Shown: positions 1-6,928, counted from the stretch's first letter. The stretch is DNA of 10,184 nt from Phycisphaerae bacterium (GCA_050115495.1 JASFQK010000071.1:1-10184), one strand, 5' to 3'. Notes: generated by a model from the sequence alone, not told the origin. Numbers and translations: made by a program.

Positions 1-198
1 ATGAGAAAGGTGTTTTCACCTTGTGTATGGTCACTTCACGAGCGTGCCGACGTGCGCGGGCCACAGGTCATTGGGCATGCGAAACAACCTTCAGCTCTGG
101 GCCGCGCCGGGATCTGAGGTTGTGAGATGATCCGGAAGACCGGGCGGATCGTGCGCCCTTTGGGCGAAGAGGAGAGAGGGGGGCTTCGTCGTCCTCGA

Positions 199-218
199 CC
201 AGGGACTTCAGTCCCTGG
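199..218. repeat. Perfect inverted repeat CCAGGGACT-TC-AGTCCCTGG (REP-like hairpin)
   Basis: 9-nt arms 199-207 and 210-218 are exact reverse complements and lie in intergenic DNA. Assignment to a REP family is inference. Confidence 0.6.
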
Positions 219-228
219 GCTGGTGAAT

Positions 229-308
229 GTCGGGCGGGACGCCCGACCCACCCGAGATTGACTCACAGCCTCGGATGCCCGACCCACCCCGGATTGGTAC
301 GCGGGCTC
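229..308 (-). repeat. GTGG-tailed palindrome followed by a degenerate 36-bp tandem repeat (2 copies)
   Basis: The minus strand of 229-251 reads GTGG-GTCGGGCG-TCC-CGCCCGAC (8-bp stem). Segments 237-272 and 273-308 match at 27/36 positions by manual alignment and share GCCCGACCCACCC and GATTG. Confidence 0.6.
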
Positions 309-430
309 GCTCGCCTCCCGTGCCACGAACGGACCGCCGCCGTGCCGCCGTGTGCAGCGCCCCCGGCGTCGTTACAATCCGGCCACCTGGCAGGGATCGG
401 CGAGCTGGATTGTTGCGAGAGGGTCGGCCT

Positions 431-2074
431 ATGGTGCGGCGTGGCGGAATGGCGTGGCTGGGGATCTGTGTTCTGGCGGGGCTGACCGGTCCGCGGGCTT
501 CGGCGTGCACCAACCTGTTGGTGACGCGCGGCGCCTCCGCCGACGGGTCGGTGCTCATTACGTACACCTGCGACGGCGAGTTCCACCCGCAACTGCGCTG
601 CACGCCGGCTGCGGATCACGCCCCGGGTGACGTGTACGAGATCAAGGATTGGACCGGAAAGGTGCGCGGCCGTATCCCCGAAGTGCCGCACACTTACGCC
701 GTCGTCGGCCTGATCAACGAGCACCAGTTGGCCATCAGCGAGACGACGTTCGATGGGCGGACGGAGCTGGCGAACCCCGACGGTGTGCTGCACTACTGGC
801 AGCTCATGCAGTTGGCGTTGCAGCGGGCCCGCACCGCTCGCGAGGCGATCCAGGTTATGACCAGCCTCGTGGCCGAGCACGGCTACCGTTCGACGGGCGA
901 GTCGATCTCGATCGCCGATCCGAATGAAGCCTGGCTGCTGGAGATCATCGGTCCCGGTCCGGGCCAGCCCGGCGCCGTCTGGGTCGCCCGCCGGATTCCC
1001 GACGGGTACATCTGCTGTCACGCGAACAAGGCCCGCATCGGCGAGTTCCCGCTCGATGATCCCGAGAATTGCCTGTACTCGCCGAACGTCATCACGCTCG
1101 CGGTGGAGAAGGGCTACTACGACCCGAACTCCGGCGAGCCGTTCCGCTTCTGCGAGGCCTATTGTCCGGCCACGCCGCGAAACAAACGCTACGCCGACGG
1201 CCGCGTGTGGAGCTTCTTCCGGCGGGCGGCGCCGTCGCAGAGCTTCTCGCCTGATTACTTCCGCGGCGTCGACGGGGCGGAACCGTACCCGCTGTGGATC
1301 AAGCCGGACAAGAAGCTGTCCGTCGCGGACGTGTTCGCCCTGATGCGCGACCACTTCGAGGGGACCGACTTCGACATGACGAAGGGCGTCGATGCCGGCC
1401 CGTACGGCACGCCGAACCGCTGGCGGCCGATTGCCTGGAAGGTCGACGGGCAGGAGTACGTCTGGGAGCGGCCGATCTCGACGCAGCAGAGCGGGTTCAC
1501 GTTCGTCTCGCAGTCGCGGGCGTGGCTGCCGGACCCGATCGGCGGCGTGTACTGGTACGGCGTCGACGATACGTACCTGTGCTGCTACGTGCCGCTGTAC
1601 TGCGGGATCGACGCGTTGCCGGAGTCGTACACGGTGGGGGGGCTGCAGAAGTTCTCGTGGGACTCGGCGTGGTGGGTGTTCAACTTCGTGGCGAACTACG
1701 CGAACCTGCGTTATCGAGACATGTGTCCCGATATTCAGGTCGTGCAGCGCGAGATTGAGGGGGAGTTCCTCGCCCTTCAGCCGGCGGTGGAGCAGACGGC
1801 CCTGGCTCTGCACAAGACCGATCCGCAGCTCATGCAGCGCTACCTGACGGACTACTGCGTCTGGCACGCCGAGCAGACGGTGCTGCGCTGGCGGCAGCTC
1901 GGCGAGTACCTGATCCGCAAGTACAACGACGGCTATGTGCAGGATGAGCCCGGCCGGGCGGAGGAGCGCGGCTACAGCGAGGAGTGGCTGCGGCGTGTGG
2001 TGGGCGAGCGGCCGGGGCAGTTCCGCCTGCCCGACAAGCCGGACGGCGTGCCCGAGTCGAAGCTGGTCGACTGA
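431..2074 (+). CDS. Secreted C69-family dipeptidase (Ntn-hydrolase, N-terminal Cys nucleophile)
   Basis: Signal peptide ending ...PRASA is followed by CTNLLVTRGASADGS (Cys codon 506-508). Family-typical segments include NEHQLAISETTFDG, LALQRARTAREAI, ADPNEAWLLE, HANKARI, MRDHFEGT, ERPISTQQ and SAWWVFNFVAN. The start is moved from ORF-track 227 to ATG 431, which has GAGAGG upstream; ATG 449 is an alternative. Confidence 0.9.
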   Translation: MVRRGGMAWLGICVLAGLTGPRASACTNLLVTRGASADGSVLITYTCDGEFHPQLRCTPAADHAPGDVYEIKDWTGKVRGRIPEVPHTYAVVGLINEHQLAISETTFDGRTELANPDGVLHYWQLMQLALQRARTAREAIQVMTSLVAEHGYRSTGESISIADPNEAWLLEIIGPGPGQPGAVWVARRIPDGYICCHANKARIGEFPLDDPENCLYSPNVITLAVEKGYYDPNSGEPFRFCEAYCPATPRNKRYADGRVWSFFRRAAPSQSFSPDYFRGVDGAEPYPLWIKPDKKLSVADVFALMRDHFEGTDFDMTKGVDAGPYGTPNRWRPIAWKVDGQEYVWERPISTQQSGFTFVSQSRAWLPDPIGGVYWYGVDDTYLCCYVPLYCGIDALPESYTVGGLQKFSWDSAWWVFNFVANYANLRYRDMCPDIQVVQREIEGEFLALQPAVEQTALALHKTDPQLMQRYLTDYCVWHAEQTVLRWRQLGEYLIRKYNDGYVQDEPGRAEERGYSEEWLRRVVGERPGQFRLPDKPDGVPESKLVD

Positions 2075-2118
2075 CGCCGGCGGTGCTGCGTGCAGTGGTT
2101 TCACAATGGCCGGGCGGG

Positions 2119-2188
2119 TATAGTGCGTGATTCCCCGACACACGCGGGGAAGACGCTGCACATGCGGCGGCCCGGAAGAGCTAAGGAG
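2119..2188 (+). promoter_or_regulatory. Putative -10 box (TATAGT), 5' hairpin and RBS of gcvT
   Basis: TATAGT at 2119-2124 has no good -35 at 17 bp. TTCCCCG/CGGGGAA forms a stem at 2131-2151. AAGGAG at 2183-2188 lies 5 nt before ATG 2194. Confidence 0.45.
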
Positions 2189-2193
2189 TGAAG

Positions 2194-3285
2194 ATGCTGA
2201 AGACGGCACTGAACGAGTTTCATCGCCAGCACGGGGCACGGCTGGTCGAGTTCGCCGGCTGGGAAATGCCGGTCGTGTACCAGGGCATCATCGAAGAGCA
2301 CGTGTTCACGCGCGAGCACGGGACGGTCTTCGACGTCTCGCACATGGGCCGCGTCGAGTTCCGCGGCGAGCAGGCCGAAGCCCTGTTGCAGCGGCTGGCG
2401 ACCCGCAACGTCGCCAAGCTCAAGATCGGGCAGTGCGGCTACAGCCACATGTGCAAGGAAGACGGCGGTATTCTCGACGACGTCATCGTCTCCCGCTTCG
2501 AAAACCACTTCGTCGTCGTCTGCAACGCCTCCAACCGCGAGAAGCTGCTCGGCTGGTTCGACCGGCAGCGGGCCGGCTTCAACGTGGACATCAAGGACCG
2601 GACTTTCGAGACGGCCATGGTCGCCCTGCAAGGTCCGGAAATCATGGAAACGCTGGGCAAGCTCCTGCCGCTGCCCCTGGACGACCTGAAGCGCTATCAC
2701 GCCCGCACCGGGCAGATCATGGGCACGGACGTGTTCGTGGCCCGCAGTGGCTATACCGGCGAGGACGGCGTCGAAATCGTCGTGCCTGCCAACGTGGCCA
2801 CCGCGGCGCTCGACATGCTCCTGAGCCGGGCCGAGGAGATGGGGCGGCCGATCAAGCCAGCGGGACTCGGCGCCCGCGACACGCTGCGTCTGGAGGCGGG
2901 GATGCCGCTGTACGGCCACGAGCTGACCGAGGACTGGGACCCGATCACCGCCGGTCAGACGTGGTGTGTGGATCTGAACAAGGACTTTATCGGACAGCCC
3001 GTGCTCAAGCGGGTCGCCGACGAGGGGCCCCGCCGACAGGTCGTCGGCTTCGAGATCGCCGGCAAGCGCATCGCCCGCCCGGGCAGCGTGTTGCAGCGTG
3101 ACGGCAAGGAAGTCGGCATCGTGACCAGCGGCACGCAGGCGCCGAGCGTCGGGAAGAACATCGCCATGGGCATGCTGGACTCGGCGCTCAAGGAGCCGGG
3201 GACGACGCTGCAAGTCGATATTCGCGGTACACGAGCTGAAGCGACCGTCGTGCCGCTGCCTTTCTACAAGCGGCCGAAGGCCTAG
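2194..3285 (+). CDS. gcvT: Glycine cleavage system aminomethyltransferase T
   Basis: Motifs EFAGWEMP, FDVSHMG, GGILDD, CNASNREK, ALQGP, RSGYTGEDG, GLGARDTLRLEAGMPLYGHEL, G-x-VTSG and terminal PLPFY. ATG 2194 is preferred over GTG 2188, which overlaps the AAGGAG RBS. Confidence 0.96.
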   Translation: MLKTALNEFHRQHGARLVEFAGWEMPVVYQGIIEEHVFTREHGTVFDVSHMGRVEFRGEQAEALLQRLATRNVAKLKIGQCGYSHMCKEDGGILDDVIVSRFENHFVVVCNASNREKLLGWFDRQRAGFNVDIKDRTFETAMVALQGPEIMETLGKLLPLPLDDLKRYHARTGQIMGTDVFVARSGYTGEDGVEIVVPANVATAALDMLLSRAEEMGRPIKPAGLGARDTLRLEAGMPLYGHELTEDWDPITAGQTWCVDLNKDFIGQPVLKRVADEGPRRQVVGFEIAGKRIARPGSVLQRDGKEVGIVTSGTQAPSVGKNIAMGMLDSALKEPGTTLQVDIRGTRAEATVVPLPFYKRPKA

Positions 3286-3300
3286 CCAAGCGTCGGAAAC

Positions 3301-3361
3301 GGGGACTGGCACCGCGCCGCATGCGGTTGCTGCGGGCGCGGAGCCAGTCCCCCCTTTTTTT
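3301..3361 (+). terminator. Intrinsic terminator-like hairpin downstream of gcvT
   Basis: GGGGACTGGC (3301-3310) pairs with GCCAGTCCCC (3343-3352), and CCGCGCC (3312-3318) pairs with GGCGCGG (3335-3341). A T7 tract follows at 3355-3361. The hairpin starts 15 nt after the gcvT stop. Confidence 0.7.
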
Positions 3362-3390
3362 GCTCGCCCTTCGCGGCGATGCGAAAAAAC

Positions 3391-3419
3391 TTGGCCGCCC
3401 GCCGTCTGCTGAATAAACT
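3391..3419 (+). promoter_or_regulatory. Putative sigma70-type promoter of the protease gene
   Basis: TTGGCC (3391-3396), a 17-nt spacer, then TAAACT (3414-3419). It lies after the terminator and about 80 nt before the ATG. Confidence 0.5.
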
Positions 3420-3483
3420 GAGGTTGGCGTTCCTATCGTCGCGCGCGGGCGGCAACCCCGCGCCAACACTTCTCTCATGGCGC

Positions 3484-3491
3484 AAAGGAGG
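3484..3491 (+). promoter_or_regulatory. Shine-Dalgarno sequence AAAGGAGG
   Basis: Near-consensus RBS 5 nt before ATG 3497. Confidence 0.8.
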
Positions 3492-3496
3492 CAGGT

Positions 3497-5656
3497 ATGC
3501 GCTGGGTAACCATGGGGCTTGTTCTTCTTGCGGGTGGGCTCGTCGGCTCGGCCATGGCGCAGTCGACGCTCGACTGGCCGGTGGGGGAGTATCAGGATTA
3601 CGCCCTCGACAGTGGAGTGGTGGCCAACCCGGAAACCGAAGCCACCGTGGTGTACGTCGGTGAAGTGCACGTCCCGGAGGCCGCCTGGCTGCGCCTGTAT
3701 TTCCGCGACGTGCAGCTCGATCGCGGCAGCACGCTGCGTATGACCGCCGCCCTCGACGGCGAGGTGCAGGAGCTCGACGCCGCCGGCATCGGCATGTGGA
3801 GCTACACCTCGGCTTACTTCAACGGCGACACGGTGTACGTCGAGCTGATCGCCGCTCCGGAGTCGCAGGAGAACCGCGTCATCCTGGATCGCCTGGCTCT
3901 CGCCTTGCTGAGCGGCCAGCCGCGGGCCTGCGGCGTGGACGGTTGCGGGTATTGCGGTTCGGATGACCGCGTGCCCTCCGCGGAGACCTGGGCCGGGCGG
4001 CTGTTGCCCGTGGGCTGCACGGGTTCGGTCTTCAACGAGGACAGTTGTATCGTCTCGGCCGGGCACTGCGCCGACGGCGGCTACGCCGACGTCATCCAGT
4101 TTAACGTGCCCAATTCGCAGTCCGACTGCGACCTGGTCAACCCGCCCGTGGCCGATCAGTTCCCGATTACCGACTACCTGTTCAGCAACAACGACGTGGG
4201 TGATGACTGGTCCGTGATGACCTGTGGCACCAACAGCTACGGGCAGCGGCCGTACGACCGCTACGGCGAGTACCGGCCCATCGCCAGCTCGCCGGCGCCG
4301 ACCGGGGTCAACGCGACGGTGTGGGGTTACGGCATCGACGATTCGCCGAGCCCGACGCGCAACCAGACGCAGCAGACCGCCAGCGGGCCGATCAACTACC
4401 GCTACAGCACCCACTACCGCGCCAGCGTCGATATCACGTACGGCAACTCGGGCTCGGCCCTGATGTACAACGGCACGATCATCGGCATCGTGACGCACTG
4501 CCCCTGCCCGAACTACGTCACCCGCGTCGACCTTGCCGCCTTTGCGGCCGCCCGCGAGCAGCTCTGCGGCGGCGGGGGCGGCGGCTACTGCGACGCCGAC
4601 GCCGCGACCACACAGTACGAGTACATCAGCAACGTGACCGTCGGCACCATCAACAACAACAGCGGCGCCGGCACCTACTCGGATTACACCGGGCTCTCAA
4701 CGCAGTTGCAGCGCACCGGGAGCTACGCCTTCTCGCTGTCCATCGGTACGCCCTACGACTCCGATATCGGCGGACTCTGGATCGACTGGAACCAGGACGA
4801 GGATTTCTCCGACGCGGGCGAGACCATCACCACCGCCTGGTCGGGCACCGGTCCATACACTACCACGATCAACGTGCCCAGCGGGGCGGTGCTCGGCGCC
4901 ACGCGCCTGCGCTGCCGCATCCAGGACGGTGACTACGATGCGACGCTCTCGTCCTGCGGGTCCACCGATTACGGCGAGGTCGAGGACTACACCGTCGTCA
5001 TCACCGAGGCGCCCCCGCCGGACTACACCCTGACGGTCGTGACCAGCGGCAGCGGCAGTGTGGATCTGGATCCGCCCGGCGGCACGTACGAAGCGGGCAC
5101 CGTGGTGTGGGTGCACGCCGTCGCCTCGCAGTACTGGCACTTCGACCACTGGGACGGCGCCATCGAAGGGGACCTGAACCCCGACGCGGTATTCATGGAC
5201 AACAACAAGACGCTGTACGCCTACTTCTACGAGACCGATTACTACGTCACCGTGACCATCCAGGGTCAGGGCAGCGTATCGCTCGACCCGCCGGGCGGCG
5301 TATACGTCGGCGGCACCTGGGTCGCGCTCACCGCTGACGCGGCCGACGGCTGGCACTTCGACCACTGGGAAGGGTCGCTGACCGGTTCGAACAACCCGGC
5401 GAACCTCTACGTGACGTCGAACAAGGCCGTGACCGCCGTCTTCGTTGAGGACCAGGGCTATGACGTGGGTGACCTCAACTGCGACGGGGTGGTCAACAAC
5501 TTCGACATCGCCCCCTTCGTGTTGGCCCTGACCGACCCGGTCGGCTACCAGTACGCATACCCCGACTGTGACGCCCTCAACGGGGACGTCAACGGCGATG
5601 GGACGTTGAACAACTTCGACATCGGCCCGTTCGTCGCCCTGATCACGGGCGGTTGA
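3497..5656 (+). CDS. Secreted trypsin-fold (clan PA) serine protease with GEVED domain, two InlB B-repeat-like domains and a C-terminal dockerin-like domain
   Basis: Signal peptide (...GSAMA|Q) and a pro-region with WLRLYF...YFNGDTVYVEL. Catalytic triad: His in SAGHC (4064), Asp in DDWSV (4205), Ser in GNSGS (4448). A Gly6 linker (4568-4585) leads to a GEVED domain (WIDWNQDEDF, TRLR, literal YGEVEDY with GEVED at 4973-4987). Two 72-aa-period repeats at 5024-5227 and 5240-5443 each contain WHFDHW-x-G. The duplicated Ca-loop motifs GDLNCDGVVNNFDI and GDVNGDGTLNNFDI begin at 5468. Confidence 0.9.
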   Translation: MRWVTMGLVLLAGGLVGSAMAQSTLDWPVGEYQDYALDSGVVANPETEATVVYVGEVHVPEAAWLRLYFRDVQLDRGSTLRMTAALDGEVQELDAAGIGMWSYTSAYFNGDTVYVELIAAPESQENRVILDRLALALLSGQPRACGVDGCGYCGSDDRVPSAETWAGRLLPVGCTGSVFNEDSCIVSAGHCADGGYADVIQFNVPNSQSDCDLVNPPVADQFPITDYLFSNNDVGDDWSVMTCGTNSYGQRPYDRYGEYRPIASSPAPTGVNATVWGYGIDDSPSPTRNQTQQTASGPINYRYSTHYRASVDITYGNSGSALMYNGTIIGIVTHCPCPNYVTRVDLAAFAAAREQLCGGGGGGYCDADAATTQYEYISNVTVGTINNNSGAGTYSDYTGLSTQLQRTGSYAFSLSIGTPYDSDIGGLWIDWNQDEDFSDAGETITTAWSGTGPYTTTINVPSGAVLGATRLRCRIQDGDYDATLSSCGSTDYGEVEDYTVVITEAPPPDYTLTVVTSGSGSVDLDPPGGTYEAGTVVWVHAVASQYWHFDHWDGAIEGDLNPDAVFMDNNKTLYAYFYETDYYVTVTIQGQGSVSLDPPGGVYVGGTWVALTADAADGWHFDHWEGSLTGSNNPANLYVTSNKAVTAVFVEDQGYDVGDLNCDGVVNNFDIAPFVLALTDPVGYQYAYPDCDALNGDVNGDGTLNNFDIGPFVALITGG

Positions 5657-5712
5657 TGCGGGTGGTACGCGGTCGTGCATGGTGCGACCGCCGCAGCGCG
5701 TAGGTCTTCGAG

Positions 5713-5747
5713 CGGGGTCCCGGCATCGGCCGGGGCCCCGTGTTTAT
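5713..5747 (+). terminator. Terminator-like hairpin downstream of the protease gene
   Basis: CGGGGTCCCGGC-ATCG-GCCGGGGCCCCG (12-bp stem, one G-U pair) followed by TGTTTAT. A second hairpin lies at 5669-5691. Confidence 0.55.
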
Positions 5748-5777
5748 GTGTGTCCGGGATGTCGTGGTTGTGAGGAG

Positions 5778-5980
5778 GTAGGGCGGGTTTCACCCGCCGA
5801 GCGTCCTTGCGCGCAAGAGAAGAGGCAGAGGATCAGAGGATCAAAGGGGCAAAGGGGTGGGTTCTGCCCGCCGGGTGATTCTACGCGCGCCCGGCGCATC
5901 TTCCGCGGGGGAACGATCGGCGGGCAGAGCCCGCCCTACGACTCGGTGGCGAGACAATCGGCGGGTGGAACCCGCCCTGC
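5778..5980. repeat. Cluster of four 22-nt GTAG-type REP palindromes (two forward, two reverse)
   Basis: 5778-5799 (+) GTAGGGCGGGTTTCACCCGCCG; 5852-5873 (+, degenerate tail) AAGGGGTGGGTTCTGCCCGCCG; 5918-5939 (-) GTAGGGCGGGCTCTGCCCGCCG; 5959-5980 (-) GCAGGGCGGGTTCCACCCGCCG. They lie between convergent genes, a typical REP location. Confidence 0.85.
5826..5857 (+). repeat. 8-bp tandem repeat (CAGAGGAT x2, CAAAGGGG x2)
   Basis: Read directly: cagaggat cagaggat caaagggg caaagggg. Confidence 0.7.
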
Positions 5981-5998
5981 GACTCGACGGGTCGGGGG

Positions 5999-6928
5999 TC
6001 AGGCGCGGTGTTGGCGGTACCAGGCGTATGTGTTGCGGATGCCGTCGGCCAGCGGGATCTTCGCGTGCCAGCCGAGCCCGTGCAGCCGCGAGACGTCGAG
6101 CAGCTTGCGCGGCGTGCCGTCCGGCTTGCTCGTGTCGAAGGTGATCTCGCCGCGGAAGCCGACGATTTCGCCGATCAATCCGGCGAGTTCGCGAATGGAG
6201 ACGTCGGTGCCGGTGCCGACGTTGATGATCTGCGCCTCGTCGTAGCGTTGCATCAGCAGCACGGCGGCATCGGCCAGGTCGTCGACGTGCAGGAACTCCC
6301 GCCGCGGCGTGCCCGTGCCCCAGAGCATTACCTGTGGCGCCTTCGCCTGTGCCGCTTCGTGAAACCGCCGGATGAGGGCGGGCAGCACGTGGCTGGACTG
6401 CGGGTCGAAGTTGTCGCCGGGCCCGTACAGGTTCGTCGGCATCAGGCTGATGGCGTGCAGGCCGTGTTGCCGGCGATAGGCGGCGCACATCTCCAGGCCG
6501 GCGATCTTGGCGATGGCATAGGCCGAGTTCGTCGGTTCGAGCTGGCCGGTCAGCAGGCAGTCCTCGGTCATGGGCTGCGGGGCGTGCTTTGGGTAAATGC
6601 ACGATGAACCGAGGAACAGCAGCTTGGCTGCGCCGAAGCGATGGGCGGCGTCGATTACGTGCGTCTGGATGAGCAGGTTGTCGCGGATGAAGTCGGCGGG
6701 ATAGGTGTCGTTGGCCAGGATGCCGCCGACGCGCGCCGCCGCCAGGAAGACGTAATCCGGCCGCTCGGCCTCGAAGAAGGCGTTCACCGCCGGCGCGTCG
6801 CGCAGATCGAGCTCGGCCAGCGGCCGCGTGCACAGGTTGTCGAAGCCCTCGGCTTTCAGCCGCCGCATGATGGCGCTGCCCACCAACCCGTCGTGTCCGG
6901 CGACGTAGATGCGGTCGGCCCTATCCAT
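5999..6928 (-). CDS. fcl: GDP-L-fucose synthase (GDP-4-keto-6-deoxymannose epimerase/reductase)
   Basis: Motifs [44 protein letters not shown] (YxxxK), [34 protein letters not shown] and [11 protein letters not shown]. The start overlaps the gmd stop by 8 nt. Confidence 0.97.
   Translation of the reverse strand: MDRADRIYVAGHDGLVGSAIMRRLKAEGFDNLCTRPLAELDLRDAPAVNAFFEAERPDYVFLAAARVGGILANDTYPADFIRDNLLIQTHVIDAAHRFGAAKLLFLGSSCIYPKHAPQPMTEDCLLTGQLEPTNSAYAIAKIAGLEMCAAYRRQHGLHAISLMPTNLYGPGDNFDPQSSHVLPALIRRFHEAAQAKAPQVMLWGTGTPRREFLHVDDLADAAVLLMQRYDEAQIINVGTGTDVSIRELAGLIGEIVGFRGEITFDTSKPDGTPRKLLDVSRLHGLGWHAKIPLADGIRNTYAWYRQHRA

Noticed and set aside
7..22. Hairpin AAGGTG-TTTT-CACCTT at the window start
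   Set aside because: A short stem at the window edge with no context from which to assign a function.
36..326. 96-aa minus-strand ORF with 12-aa repeats (VGRASE...)
   Set aside because: The periodicity simply reflects the 36-bp DNA repeat, and there is no recognisable domain.
227..430. N-terminal 68-aa extension of the dipeptidase ORF
   Set aside because: It is Pro/Arg-rich, runs through the palindromic and tandem repeats, and would bury the signal peptide. ATG 431 has an RBS.
431..460. Possible Tat twin-arginine signal (MVRRGGM)
   Set aside because: It lacks the S/T-R-R-x-F-L-K consensus, so a Sec signal is the simpler reading.
2075..2193. Glycine riboswitch upstream of gcvT
   Set aside because: No recognisable aptamer motifs, and only about 65 nt separate the putative TSS from the start codon.
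263..2239. Long antisense and alternate-frame ORFs (263-2239, and likewise 2101-3312, 2127-3101, 3188-4498, 4697-5680, 5841-6833, 8600-9973, 8691-9890)
   Set aside because: These are shadow ORFs typical of high-GC codon bias. They overlap well-supported genes and have Arg/Ala/Pro-rich sequences without motifs.
5778..5987. CRISPR mini-array interpretation of the repeats
   Set aside because: The units are 22 nt, occur in both orientations, are irregularly spaced and carry GTAG tails. These are REP features, and no cas genes are present.
5679..6245. 188-aa plus-strand ORF across the REP cluster
   Set aside because: It spans a terminator, the REPs and the antisense strand of fcl, with no domain signature.
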